The notes below the pieces were generated by a model. That model did no database searches and had not been told where the DNA came from. It was given only the letters and a program-made list of their open reading frames with translations. DNA of 64,000 nt, taken from the NCBI GenBank assembly GCA_052426225.1, contig JBNJNM010000021.1, positions 2,418,001 to 2,482,000 on the forward strand, in the 5' to 3' direction. The stretch comes from Zancudomyces culisetae HAW-14-8 (Eukaryota; Fungi; Kickxellomycota). A program made the position numbers and the translations under genes. How positions within the stretch are numbered: position 1 is the stretch's first letter; each line of letters starts with the position of its first letter. Shown here in pieces: positions 50,037 through 63,256 of the stretch.

Positions 50037-50279
50037 AGATATAGAGATACTTACTCTTATCCTGTGGGATCAAGACAGCACTCCGCAATTGAAGACAAAC
50101 TCCCACTCATGCCTTTTATGAATTCCCTTATTCTAATCTCACTTTCTAGCCATTAACCTAATAACGCTAGGTAAGTTTAAAACAATGGAAAGCATCATGT
50201 CAAGGTAAAAGAAGAGTTCATTAATTTAATTTATCATATTTAATTTTGTCACTTTTGCCATTTTTGGGGAAGAGAAAAT

Positions 50280-50440
50280 AAAAAAATTTTCTAGTTAAAA
50301 ATGCTGCGGTTAAAAAAAGTAATAATGATAACAATTATGACTTGAAAGAACACGTTGTTTTGGGGGGGAACCAACCCCTTAACCCTTCCCTCAATAAAAT
50401 GAAGAAAATAGAAACAAAGTAAAAGCGGAAAATTTTTTCA
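50280..50440. promoter_or_regulatory. RRPE-like AAAAATTTT motifs and a telo-box-like element upstream of the RNase P host locus
   Basis: AAAAAAATTTT at about 50280, AACCCCTTAACCCT at about 50373, GGAAAATTTTTTCA at about 50427. Motif resemblance only, in AT-rich DNA. Confidence 0.3.
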
Positions 50441-50909
50441 ACTCGGGATTTTTTTTTACTTTGCCAATTACAACGGGGCAGGAATATATCCATTCAACAC
50501 ATTCCAATCATCGCATTATTAGTTTGTTTGTAAAGCGATTGTCCACGATGAGTAAATTGGATGTGAGTAGTAAATAAAGTAATATATGAGAAACCCAAAG
50601 CTAACAACTGGTATAGCTACTAAATTAGCGTGGGTGAAGTTTCTCAATGTGATCTAATACATGCCTACCCCCATATTATAAATGGTCAGTCGCGCACAGC
50701 TATGCATTGATTCGTTGTGTTCCTGGAACATTTTGAAAGTAGTATCAATACCGCTGATGGCGGAGATGAGAAGAAAAAGAGTGTATTTTTTTTTAGCAAC
50801 GTATTCCTCCGCTTTAATTTTGATATGCAAGTACAGCTATGCATACAATTCCAAAAAATAAAGTACAAAAGTGATAAAGCACAGCTATACGTGAGAATTC
50901 TCTACATTG

Positions 50910-52259
50910 CTAAGAGAACTCGAAAAAATTAAAACTGTAGCCACTAGGTTTGGAGTGCGAAACACCTATATCTTTAGGGCAAGGGTCATTGGGAGCAGAG
51001 GGGGTAAGAAATGATAGATTAGTAGGCCTCAGCTCAAGTTTTTGGATCGGATAGCATATTTTTTGATTGTAGAAGAGATATGGCTTATTGTCATAAAAAA
51101 TTCCATCCATTCTGCCAGATTTGCGGTTTAAAATCAAATAATAAAACCCATCAATAAACATCTGGGACTCAACACTGGAACCCTTGATATATCCTGTTTC
51201 TTTTATTCTGATAAACAAGTAATTATCAAGTTCTGAGGGCATGTACCTTCCCCTCCATTCCGGATCGAATGGTGTCGTAGACGTAAACCAGAAACTATCA
51301 TCTCTACCTGCGTTGCCACTCCTAGGGGTTTCAAAATTATGTGGGTTCAAAAGACTCCAGTAGGCCAAATCTGTATTTGTTGACGCGCCCCATCGTCTAG
51401 TCCATTGGTCAAAATTCCTAAAATCAACTATTTCACCACTAAACTTTGTTATGACTTCTCTGGCATACCATGGGATATTAAACATTCGTAACGAGCCACA
51501 TAAAACGCCGTTTTCAATATCAACCTCTTCTAGTTCTATAATTACACTCCACTTTGCATTTCTTCTACCATCAACCATCGTGGAATAGCTGATATCTGGT
51601 ACGTTCATTAGCCTTGAGTCGTTCAGTATCTCTGTGTCGGCATTTATCAACCTTTGTACCCCCTTGAATCGGATGCCTGGCCGTAAAAACGACGAATTCA
51701 ATCTCCTCAGTGGCGACAGCCCGCGCGGTATATTTCCAAGGCTGTTTTCGTTGAGCTCGGTTATTTCTGTTACTATTATAAACTCATCTGGCGGAGTAAC
51801 AGATCTAGTATAATCAAACTTTAATTCGGATAGCAAATCTTGCAGAGCGAACTCTTGTCTTGAACTCGTTCTATCTTCCGAGAGGGCTATGTTGGTATGG
51901 GTATCAAGTGCTCTGCTGCTATTCTCTACTATATCTGTATCGCTATCCCTCTCATTGGAAAATTCTTCGGGCGAGAAACTTTGGTTAGTATCAGTAAGTC
52001 TATTATCGTACCCACCTCTCACTTCGATTGCTTGTACACCATCATTGATTTCAAACCTCCAATTTCGATTGTAGATTATATTTTGCCCTCCAAAAATATC
52101 GGTTTCTATCTCCATCAATCCAATACCCTCATTTTCAGTGGAAAATTCTGAACTATATAGTAAGCGCCTTCTAAGATCTAATCTGTCTTCTAAAGCGGAT
52201 TGCTGGTCAACTGGTTCTTCTTCTGGAATCCTTGATTCTGTATTGTTAAAAATTGACAT
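50910..52259 (-). CDS. GID/CTLH complex substrate receptor Gid4/Vid24-like
   Basis: SFLRPGIRFKGVQ, WSVIIELEEVD, LCGSL, TKFSGEIVDF, DLAYW, YLFIRIKE, GFYYL..R.SG...GIFYD...Q.LEL. Confidence 0.85.
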   Translation of the reverse strand: MSIFNNTESRIPEEEPVDQQSALEDRLDLRRRLLYSSEFSTENEGIGLMEIETDIFGGQNIIYNRNWRFEINDGVQAIEVRGGYDNRLTDTNQSFSPEEFSNERDSDTDIVENSSRALDTHTNIALSEDRTSSRQEFALQDLLSELKFDYTRSVTPPDEFIIVTEITELNENSLGNIPRGLSPLRRLNSSFLRPGIRFKGVQRLINADTEILNDSRLMNVPDISYSTMVDGRRNAKWSVIIELEEVDIENGVLCGSLRMFNIPWYAREVITKFSGEIVDFRNFDQWTRRWGASTNTDLAYWSLLNPHNFETPRSGNAGRDDSFWFTSTTPFDPEWRGRYMPSELDNYLFIRIKETGYIKGSSVESQMFIDGFYYLILNRKSGRMDGIFYDNKPYLFYNQKICYPIQKLELRPTNLSFLTPSAPNDPCPKDIGVSHSKPSGYSFNFFEFS

Positions 52260-53969
52260 TTTGTGTGCATGTTACGATTTTATCGCTTAGTTTTCGAATA
52301 AACCTTAAGAAAACGGAAAGAAAACAAATTAGTACCAGATTCGTGTTTGAGTGTTGTGGTAATAATATCGTATAAATTAAATTCTGTGTGTTGTTTTTTC
52401 TCTTTGAAATTCCGATGTTGATTAAGTAACTGTACAATCTAGATAAATTTTAAAGATTTTCTCAGCTACAGGCTCGCTGTATTTAGATCTAAAGAGCTCT
52501 TTTAGTAGATAATATGGTCATTGGTTTTTTAAAAAAATACGTCCCTTAAACCATTAGGTAATATAAAAAAGACAGTATTATTAAACCAATATGATAATAC
52601 CTCGATGTCTGTTTTGTTATATGGTGAATCGATAAAGTAGGGCTTTATTAAGGCGTTTGACCTTTCTTGTTATTTTATTCTTTTTAAATATGGTTTTTTA
52701 AGACAGTTTTAAAAACTAAAGCTAGAACTATTCCTACAAATAAGCGATGAGGATAAGTGTAAAGTGAATTAGAAATAGATTAAAAATGCAAATCATGCCT
52801 GTGTAATAGTTTACAGCTTTTTGATTCAGAATAATTATAATTATAAAGTTATGGTTGATCTTAATAAAGAGTAGTAAATTTATTATTATTTAAAAAACAA
52901 GTTGTCTAAAAAGACAACTTGCTCTGCAAATTCAGACGATACTCTGCCTCCATTTTTAATTTTTTTCTATATGAACTGTAATCTGATAATACAGTTAATA
53001 AAATAGCAATGATATTAAAACAATCACGAGTCTGCTGGTTAAGAGAATCTATTATTCATTGATTCATTGATTCATTACTTGGAATTACACTATCGCTATC
53101 TACCAAAATATATTTACTCTTTACACCATCAAAACTTTGAATATTGGCAGTTATAACTCTATCAATATTTTAAAATATTTGTAAACATTGAATATTCAGA
53201 AAAACTCGACAAATTAAAAACTTCGAGGGCTGTAATTGACGTTATATGTACAAACAATGATATGATTACCACTAGGGCTAAAGATTTGAGAACTTCACAT
53301 CTACCCATAAACATGGTATAAACGTGACTATACGAGCAGAAGTAGAAAAACAATTCACAGCGATTTTGTGTATTAACAAGCAGATGTACAGGTTCACGTT
53401 CTCAGTACCCCCCCCCCCCCTGTTAATCTAGTCTTGAGAGATGCTTTGCTACTGATAATACTACTCTCATTTCTTGTTTTGATGAAATATTCTGTTCTCT
53501 ATTTGGGGAACAATGAGACAGGTAAGATTTTTTTTTTGCTCTTTTAAGAAAATCCAAAACACTTGTTCTTTCGTTGTCGCGAAAAGGATGCTAGATGATC
53601 TTTAATTTCTAAGATGATAGAATACATCACGTTCGAAAATAAAAATAAAAATAAAAATAAAAACAAACAAGTAACTAGATAAACTTGAGTTAAAGCTATC
53701 AGAGTTTTCATAAAGCATATTTGAAACGTGATTACAATAAACAGTTATATGGAGACTAGTGAATAACCAGCACTATGTTTGAGGAGAAATCAGTTAGAAA
53801 ATAACAGCTTTAGTTTTGAAAATATTAGAGGTAATATTGGAGCAAAATAATAGGCTACGTGACGCTGTATTCGTGTGTCTGCATCTAGTTGACGAGCCTG
53901 GCCTGGCATAAGTAATCATCGCTCAAGTCAGACTTAGAGCATAATAGTACAGGTATTGAAGAGATTTGT

Positions 53970-54106
53970 TTAGGAGTTTAGATGGGTATCAGCAAAGTCG
54001 GCAAAGTGACTTCGAGCAAGCTCGATATTTAATTTGACCATTGCTACTTCTATAAATTTTAGTACATATTGGATATAAATATGGTTAAAATTGAAGAATA
54101 GAGATA

Positions 54107-54150
<44 letters not shown>

Positions 54151-55669
54151 TCACACAACTATATATATGTATATGTACTTGTATATACAGGTATACAAAC
54201 AAGTTGAATATTCAATTTAGACATTAAAAAAAAGTAAATGCTTTTTCTTATGCTGTTGTACGGTTTACAACTAGTAGCTCTGACACCACAGTAGTGAAGA
54301 GAAAAAAAAATAATCTGCGTACCTATATCTGTGTCTTGAAGCACAACCAAAATGTAGGTGGACTTGGTAAATGGCTCAAGAAAAATAGAGAATTCACCGT
54401 TTTTTATATGAACACTTTCAAAAGGAGCGCGAAGTGCACTACATGCCTGCCTGTAGCATTTTATGGATTCGCTAATTTTAACATACTTTTCGTGAAGACC
54501 TTCTGAATCATTCTCTGTAATATTCTCCTGGTTACGGGTGTGGGAAACTACGAGAAATGTTGATCTTTCAAACATTACAACTTCAACCGCTCCGCTTGAT
54601 GCACAAAACCCCTGTAATTTGCTGTCTATTATTTCGATATTGGGTACTAGTTTATATGCAATTCTAGACCAAGCCTATATTTATATTAAATATGCTGTAT
54701 TAGGTATGTTTTTCGGTATTTTATAGAGTTGTTAATATAATGGAGTTTTGGAGGTATTGGAGTAATTGGGGCATATATGTGTACAATTAAAATAATAAAG
54801 GATATTCACCCTATATAGTGTATAATTCCATATTGTTGTTGCAAAATATTCAGCCCTGAAAGGTTTGGTTAGGGGTTCTAATTCTGCCTTGTATTTCTCC
54901 AAAATGACACTCTGTAACTCTGGTTTTACTAGATCTATTTTATGGATCAGGCAGAATATCTTTGCTGTCGGAGAACATTCCAAGAGAGACGTTAGACATT
55001 GTTTATAATATCGAAATTCGCTTTCTTGGTCTCTACTCTCAATATCAAACACATAAATCAACACTTCGACATCTGAGAACACAATATCTTTTTGTTCGTT
55101 GATATAATCGTTCATAAATCGAGTCTGCCTAATGTAAATATTTTGAAAAATATGGAATGTTTGGCTCAATTTTATTTTAATATAGAATTAGATTTCAAGG
55201 ATTAAATATTCTTACCCTCCACAATCCCAGATGTTTAGGTTTAAATCTCCGATAAAATGAACAGTGGAATGTTCAATCTCCACTATGAATTAAAGTTTGG
55301 TTTTTTAAAAAAAATTGATCGGAATGAAGCAAAAGTAGTAAAAATATACTTTAATATATGCGACAAAAACAGAACAAACATATAAAGTAGGATTGCCAAG
55401 TATATTTTGGAATTCTTGTGTATTTGCTTACTTGTTGCTCCCAATCTACGGGTTTCTGCAGCAGGGAGATTTGAAAATATAATCGCTCTCATTGACGTCT
55501 TGCCAGCTCCACCCTTACCCATCAAAAGGATCTAGAGGTGTTCGAGAAAAAAAATACAAGAATGGTGTTAGTAAAAAAATAAAATATAAAAATTCTGGAA
55601 TTGTACTGAGGAACAAAGCGACAGGATGCTATTTTATATCACACGAGGAATCCTTACCTTTTTTCGCAT
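53970..55669 (-). CDS. GTR1: Rag GTPase Gtr1/RagA (multi-exon)
   Basis: MRKK|[85 protein letters not shown]. Confidence 0.93.
54111..54149 (+). repeat. (AC)n microsatellite in a GTR1 intron
   Basis: Directly visible. Confidence 0.95.
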
Positions 55670-57595
55670 GTTTTCTAATTCTTTGTTCCTGTTCTAGTTG
55701 TGCAAAATTTTTGTATTATTGTGCTGAGTGTTTAGATGGTATTTTTTCTATTTTTAGTATAGACCACTATATATTATTTTTCATACATTAAGTGTAAATT
55801 GAAGATAAAATACCCTCTATAACTACGTTTTTTTTTTATTGGAAATTTTATCAGAGATACGAGAATAGGTGTTAATTTATTTGAAGCTTGTTTGTGATCA
55901 CTTTTACACGCTGTTGATACAAAATTCAAATTTCAAAGAGAGATATTGAGAATAGAACAATGAGGGAATTTAACTAGAAACAATAATATTTAAAGTTCTC
56001 GATTTATTTATTTATTTAAAGATTTATAACCACTTTTGATAAATGCGTGGTGAATATTAGGAGTTTCTAGAGGGAAGAGAAATTATTGATTATGTAGTGA
56101 TTAAATAGAATTGTTTTTTTTGGTAGTTTGTTGTAATTGATGACATATCCATAATGTACTATATGAAAGAAGTGGTTTATCTGTATGAACAGCTATAGTT
56201 TAAAGCTTATTCAGATAAAAATTATTGATGTGAAAAAGAGGAAGTAGTGAACTTTGAACGATATATAAACATTTGCCTTTATCTGTCAAGTATATTACTT
56301 TTGCCCCAAATTTAGATTTCTCGGTACTGAAAAAGCTTTCAATAGTTTTACACAACTGGGTTCTTGAGCTTGATCAGAATTTTTGATTATTGTAAATAAA
56401 TTGAAGGGTATAATGCTAATGAAATAAAAATTGGCTGTATCCCAACCTTGAACATGATTTTGAATGTTAATAGAGAAGCGAGGTGGTGAAATAAATATCG
56501 GCAGTGCGGCTTTTGGTTGTTTTTCGCTAACTTAAATGTAAATAGGAATTAGAAGGATGAGTTTGATTAATTCATATCAATGCTTTGACTATGTAATGAG
56601 ATCCAAACTAAGGGAAGTTTGGTGGTATTTCTATCCAGTATCATTGCTATAATGACTACCAGTTCAGTCAGAAAGTACAAAATAAGTTTATTTATTTTAA
56701 TGTGTTTTAAGTAATTTTATATATACGGGTTGGCTTTCAAATGGACACCATCTTTACAATGAGAAAATACCGAAAACTTTATGTATTTGTTGTAATTTAT
56801 TTAACTTGACACATCTTGTTAAAATAAACAATTATAATATAAATAATTTGATTAACAACACACACACATATATATGTGTTTATATATACGCATATGTAAG
56901 CCTAAGGCTTAAAGCTGTAGTTGGAGATCAAAATAACAGGTTAATAACAAACTATATGTTAATAATATCTGTTCAAGGAGTAAAAAAAAATCCAATGTTA
57001 GTATGGGATTAAAAATATTTTCTAGCCACCAAGAAAGTTTAGACCAGCCGCAAATAGTAATAGGATTAATTGTATTGAAGCGATATCAGTTTGTATTAAT
57101 GATCATATAGGAGTGTATCTGAAAAGAAGTGATGTGGACATAGTAGAGGATGAGAACTCTGGTAGGTTAATAAACTTAAATTTTGCGTAGTGGGTTATTC
57201 TGATGTTTTGGTATGTTGGAATAAAGGATTAGATTTTGAAGTATTCTACATAATGACTATAAGACACTAGCAAATAGTAGACCTGTAAATGTGTAGGATT
57301 GATAAGCCACACTAATTTGCCATTAATAGGTGGATGGGTGCTACTGGTATAATAGATCAAATAAGATTGAAATCTTAAATATTGAATTTTTTTATTACAA
57401 AGAAATGGGAAATCCCAGTGAGTGATTGAATTATGGTTTATGATCTGTCAAAGAAAAGGAACTTGAACATGTGAGATTGTTGACCATAACTGAGAACCAA
57501 AAAAAGAGTGGCAAATGGATTTGTTCGCTAAATTTCAAGCTTTTCTAATAAGAAAAATGAAAAAATGCTTGAAAAATGAGGAGGTGTGGAAACGA

Positions 57596-57656
57596 GGGAA
57601 AATGGAAAAAATGGAAAAAACAGAGAAATGGAAAAATGGAAAAATGGAAAAATGGA
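57596..57656 (+). repeat. (GGAAAAAT)n tandem repeat
   Basis: Several copies of AAAAATGG, directly visible. Confidence 0.75.
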
Positions 57657-58939
57657 TTTGGGGAATTGGAATGAAATGAAGAAATAAAAATGGGTTAAAT
57701 TTGGTTTGAAATAGCGGGGGCTGACCATTTAAGGAACACATTTACAAAATTTTAAGAATAATAGAATTGGTTGTATAGAAAGTTTTATTTTTAGTTATTT
57801 GTTTACAATGAAACTCATAAATATGTTCATTTTTGTGAATATGTGTTCCGCATCAACAAAGTGGACATAAATTTGAAGCAGCATATGTGTGAGTACACAC
57901 AGGCATTAATATGAATACCACAACTGAAGTTCTCTCTGCCATCTTTGGTGGTAGTGGAGAAAAAAAGCAGGGTTAATAGGTTAATGGGTTAATAGGTTAG
58001 CAATGGGGATATGGAAAAAAAATTTCCTGCTAATCTTAGATGAACTAGCCAAAACACCAAAGTCTGCCAAGTGAGTAAAGAGATGCAAAAGGTTATATGA
58101 AAAGGTTGTTTCCAGAGGCAGAAATTGGTACAAAAAAAAATTTTTTTTACGTAGTATTTCAAGATTGGTGGGGATAATGAAATATGCGGGATTTTATTTT
58201 TGAAATATGCAAGATTCAATGAAATTTTTTTTAAAAATCATTTTTTAATATTTTTTTTGAAAGAACAAGTATGTAGAACGAAGAGATTATGGCAAAAAAA
58301 AAAATAAGCTAGGATATGAACCAAGCAAATAAAAATATTATTTTGTTATGGTATAATGGTAGAGTAAGCATTAGCCTAGTTTGGATGAAAAAAAAAGTGG
58401 AGGAGCTGCAATGGGGGAGGGGAGGACATACTTGCAAATGTAAATGGTCAAATTAAAAGACGAAAACCAAGATATTATCTAATGAGAACAACAAACTAAA
58501 ACAACATGACGAGGATAAAAAAATTTGCAACCAGACCGAAACTCTCAAAATATAGGACAATGAGATGTCAAAATGATTGCATAAACGTTTTTATTTACGT
58601 AAATGGGCGTTAATTTTAGTCATAGGAAACATAAACGAACCTAGAAAGCAATAGAAGCAAAGAATGGGATAATAAGTGTTAATCATTAGAAAATCTGAAA
58701 TGCAAACAGCATTGAAAAAAAAATTTTTTTATTAAAAAAATGAGTGTGCAATAATGCTATTGGATAGATGAGAGTGATCAATTCAAAAAAAATTTTTTTC
58801 AATTCAAACAGAGAGGGGGGTAAAGGAAAAAAAATTCTACAAGTTTGATATAAAAGAAAAAAAAACATCATTGAAGGAAATTTAGGCATTTTAAAATTTT
58901 TTGGCTTGCTTTCGTAAATTCTAATAGTAGAAAAGTAAT

Positions 58940-59114
58940 GTAAGTAAAATGAGCGCTATAGATAGTATATGGATGTGTATCAGAGGGAGGGAGTTTGAAG
59001 GGCTCTGTTGGAAGTGGAGGAGCGAGAGCCAGTGCAATGGTTTTTTTTGTTTTTAAAAAGGCGGTTTTTGGGATATTCAACTAACAGACTTGTTTGTTTT
59101 TTTACTTTGTATAG
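58940..59114 (+). other. 5'-UTR intron of EF-1alpha
   Basis: GTAAGT at 58940, ACTAAC branch at about 59080, TATAG acceptor ending at 59114, ATG at 59120. Confidence 0.75.
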
Positions 59115-59119
59115 ATAAA

Positions 59120-60484
59120 ATGGGTAAAGAGAAAGAGAGACTTAACGTTGTAGTCATTGGACACGTCGATTCAGGAAAGTCCACCACTACCGGACACTTG
59201 ATCTACAAGTGCGGTGGTATTGACAAGCGTACTATTGAGAAATTCGAAAAGGAAGCCAATGAAATGGGAAAGGGATCATTCAAATACGCATGGGTATTGG
59301 ACAAGCTTAAGGCTGAGCGTGAAAGAGGTATCACCATTGATATCGCTTTGTGGAAGTTCGAGACCCCAAGGTACGTCGTCACTGTCATTGATGCCCCAGG
59401 ACATCGTGACTTTATCAAGAACATGATTACAGGTACATCACAAGCTGATTGTGCTATCCTCATCATTGCCGGAGGTGTTGGTGAGTTCGAAGCTGGTATC
59501 TCCAAGGACGGACAAACCCGTGAGCACGCACTTCTTGCCTTCACTCTTGGTGTAAGACAACTTATTGTTGCCGTCAACAAGATGGATACCACCAACTACA
59601 GCGAAGCCCGTTTCACTGAAATCACCAAGGAAGTGTGCAACTTCATCAAGAAGGTCGGATACAATCCAAAGGCTGTGCCAATGGTACCAATCTCAGGATT
59701 CCACGGTGATAACATGATTGAGGCTACCACAAACATGCCATGGTACAAGGGATGGACCAAGGAGACTAAAGCCGGAAACGCCAAGGGTATGACTCTTCTT
59801 GACGCCATTGATGCCGTTGAGCCACCAGTCCGCCCAAGCGACAAGCCACTCCGTCTTCCATTGCAAGATGTATACAAGATCGGTGGTATTGGTACAGTTC
59901 CAGTCGGTCGTATTGAAACCGGTATCCTCAAGGCCGGTATGGTTGTCACCTTTGCCCCAACTGGTGTAACCACTGAAGTCAAATCCGTAGAAATGCATCA
60001 CGAAGTTTTGCCCCAAGGTAACCCAGGAGACAACGTTGGTTTCAACGTCAAGAACGTCTCAGTCAAGGACATCCGTCGTGGTAACGTCTGTGGTGACTCC
60101 AAGAACGACCCACCAAAGGAGGCTGGTAACTTCACTGCTCAAGTTATCGTCCTTAACCATCCTGGACAAATCTCCAACGGATACTGCCCAGTGTTGGATT
60201 GTCACACTGCCCACATTTCATGCAAGTTCACTCAAATCAAGGAAAAGATGGATCGTCGTTCCGGAAAGACCCTTGAAGCCGAGCCAAAATTCATCAAGTC
60301 CGGTGATGCCGCTATGGTTGTCTTGACCCCATCCAAGCCAATGTGTGTTGAGACTTTCTCAGAATACCCACCATTGGGTCGTTTCGCTGTCCGTGATATG
60401 AGACAAACCGTTGCCGTCGGTGTAATCAAGGCTGTTGAGAAGGTTGACAAGGCCACCAAGGCTGCCAAGGGTGGAAAGAAATAA
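59120..60484 (+). CDS. TEF1: Translation elongation factor 1-alpha
   Basis: [42 protein letters not shown]. Confidence 0.99.
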   Translation: MGKEKERLNVVVIGHVDSGKSTTTGHLIYKCGGIDKRTIEKFEKEANEMGKGSFKYAWVLDKLKAERERGITIDIALWKFETPRYVVTVIDAPGHRDFIKNMITGTSQADCAILIIAGGVGEFEAGISKDGQTREHALLAFTLGVRQLIVAVNKMDTTNYSEARFTEITKEVCNFIKKVGYNPKAVPMVPISGFHGDNMIEATTNMPWYKGWTKETKAGNAKGMTLLDAIDAVEPPVRPSDKPLRLPLQDVYKIGGIGTVPVGRIETGILKAGMVVTFAPTGVTTEVKSVEMHHEVLPQGNPGDNVGFNVKNVSVKDIRRGNVCGDSKNDPPKEAGNFTAQVIVLNHPGQISNGYCPVLDCHTAHISCKFTQIKEKMDRRSGKTLEAEPKFIKSGDAAMVVLTPSKPMCVETFSEYPPLGRFAVRDMRQTVAVGVIKAVEKVDKATKAAKGGKK

Positions 60485-61058
60485 GCAATTTACATTTATT
60501 AGTTAACATAATATTATAAGGCGTAAATAGTTTATTTTTATATCTACAATAAAGTTTTTTCTTTAAATCAAGTCACACAATTCGAGTTGTAAATATTGTT
60601 TTGGATTTGGGATGGGATGTGAGGGATGTAGTTGACAGGATGTAATTTTTTGTGTTTTACCAGAGTTTGGTGGCGTTGTTGTATTAGATTTTGCTTTGAT
60701 GGTATTTGATTTGGCATATAGCACCATTTTTCAATGAACTAATTTTGTTGTTTCTTTTTGTTCAAGCTGTTTAATTTATATTTTTTTAGTTTTTTAGTTT
60801 TTTAGTTTTTTATTTTTTAATTTTTAATTTTTTGCTTACGTATTTTGGTTTCAAATTCAGTAATTAACACTATTAACAAAATTAAATCTAATACAAAAAT
60901 TAATGTAAATATAACATTAAAAATTAATTGTTTATTTTCGTAGTTAGAAATAAAAAAATATTTTTGGTTCACAGACCTTGGTTTTGATTTCATTCCATAA
61001 AAAGAAAACATAGAAATTAAACATATATAAACAGAATCCAAATAATTGGCAAAACAGG

Positions 61059-62631
61059 ATGGAAGTTGAAAGCTACACCAGCACTCCCAAGATGGAGCGA
61101 AGTTACGAAAAAGATGCAGATGCCGCTCTGATTTCTGCTGAGGAATTGCTAAGGGTATTATATACTTTAGTTTTGTACCCCATTGAGCTCATATTATATA
61201 TACACTTATATTTACACGTATTAATACCAACAAACATACAATAGAATGGTGATATCCAAGGTGCTGTTGAGAAATTGTCAGTAGTCGAAAAGAAATCTAG
61301 AAAGGCAAGTCAGCTAACATCAATACTTGATTCCATTTCTTTTTACAACACCAATACATATTTTATATTGAATCACGCCCCAAAACTCTTGAATTCTATC
61401 AATTTCTAAATATATAAATATGTATCAACTTTAACAGAGCTCAGATATCGCATCAAACAAAAGGATTATAATAAGAGTAATCGAAATGTTATTTGAGGCA
61501 GGAGATTGGGAGAAACTCCAGGATCAACTAAAAACATTCTCAAAAAGCACAGGTGCCTTGGAAGCCTCGATCTTGGAGATGGTTAAAAGAGCATACAGCT
61601 ACCTCGAGCGAACACCAAATGAAGGGATTAAACAAGAGTATATTGTCTCGCTGAGAGAGATAACAGAAGGTAAAATATATGTGGAGGCAGAAAGAGCAAA
61701 GTTAACAAAAATGTTGAGCGAAATAAAAGAAGGACAAGGAAAAGTGGGGGAGGCATGTGACATAATGCTTGAAGATCAGATCGAGACATTTGGAAGTCTC
61801 AACAAGAGAGAAAAGACAGAGTTTATCTTGGAGCAGCTCAGGTTATGTATGGCTAAAGGTGACTACGAGCGCGCAGTAATTGTTTCAAGAAAAATCAATG
61901 TTAGTTATTTTAAAACACCAAATACTGGCGACCTAAAACTACGATACTACTATTTGATGATCCAGTACGGAATCCACGAAGAGCAATATCTTGAAGTATG
62001 CAAGCATTACTACAATGTCTTTGAAACCGACGAAATTAAACTCGACAACAAGTGGGTAGTTGTAGTACAACACATGGTTGTTTATGCAATCTTGGCCTCA
62101 TACTCTAATGAACAAGTAGATCTGCTCAATCGCATCAAACAACTGTCCTCTGAACTGGAGAAGCTTCCTATATATTCCAACCTCCTCAAACTTTTTACCA
62201 CCCAAAAACTCATTTCATGGGACAAATTTTCTACCGACTTCTTGCATACTCTAGTCCAATCCGACGTATTCTCCGAGCAAACCGAGGGTGGAAAAATCAG
62301 ATCAACCAGACTACACAACTGCGTTGTCGAGCACAACATCAGAGTCATTGCCTCCTACTACTCAAAAATCACTCTCACTAGGCTTTCTCAGCTCATTGGT
62401 TTGGATATAGATCAGGCTGAGGAAAAAGTCTGTCATTTGGTTGTAACCAAGGTCATTTATGCTAGAATCGACCGTCCAAGCAAGATAGTCTCCTTTTTGC
62501 AACCCAAATCCGTTGACCAGGAGCTTAATGAATGGGTTTCCGATGTCAACTCCCTACTTATGTTGGTGGAAAAGACTTCCCATCTAATTGATAAAGAGGG
62601 GATCGTCACATCCATCACTCGTACCCTTTAG
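61059..62631 (+). CDS. RPN5: 26S proteasome lid subunit Rpn5/PSMD12 (3 exons)
   Basis: KMERSYE, EK.SR.|SD, ITEGKIYVEAERAKLT, QIETFGS, EFILEQLRL, EHNIRVIASYYSKI, ARIDRP. Introns about 61155-61243 and a GC-AG intron about 61305-61437. Confidence 0.95.
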
Positions 62632-63256
62632 CTTAATATTTTATTTTACCATTCTCTTTTCCATTTTTCTACATTTTTATGTTGTAACTATTTCTTTCTA
62701 ATAAATGCAATTTTATACTTCTTGTTAAAATGATTACTGGAACTCAAAGTCAAGCAGTCTAATGTTCCCATACTCTCCCTCTTCCCTCCTTATTCTCTAA
62801 CTCTGTAATCCCCCGCCGCCACTTTCACACCCACAATTTTACTTATTTCATCATAATATTTACCCAATCTTTTTTTTTAAATCCATACTTAGTAGTAAAT
62901 ATATGATTAGATTCATTATTAATATTTGATATTCATCTATACATCTTTACATTTATTCATTTATTTTAAAAACTATACTATATGTCATTTATGTCGTATT
63001 TACAATAAACAAAATATGGAATAAAATAATCCATTTTTAAACAATATCTTCTATCATTTACAACAAGCTTTAGCTGATTGTCTGTACTATTACACTTTGC
63101 GCAAACAGAACTGTCGAGACTGTAGTAGATAATGTGCCTATTTTTCACGAATGTTAGTCTTGTTAATATTTTAGCTCATTTTACCATTTTAATTTAAATG
63201 TCTTCCAACAACACCTGTGTTTACTGATATATCAAGTAAAAAAAACATTAGTGGTT

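Larger units (their letters stand above)
48060..50200 (-). other. Putative spliced non-coding host transcript (introns 50054-49750 and about 49743-48121; 6-nt micro-exon 49749-49744)
   Basis: GTAAGT...CTAAC-A9-CCAG|ACTTTG|GTAAAT...TATTTTGTATTTCAG. The exon-1 ATGs I traced stop before the first donor. Ends are approximate. Confidence 0.55.

Noticed and set aside
53060-53353. Short minus-strand ORF with a signal-peptide-like start
   Set aside because: About 50 aa after the ATG with no motif. It could be a pseudogene fragment but I cannot support that.
55900-57500. Possible decayed gene between GTR1 and TEF1
   Set aside because: No sustained frame or recognisable motif.
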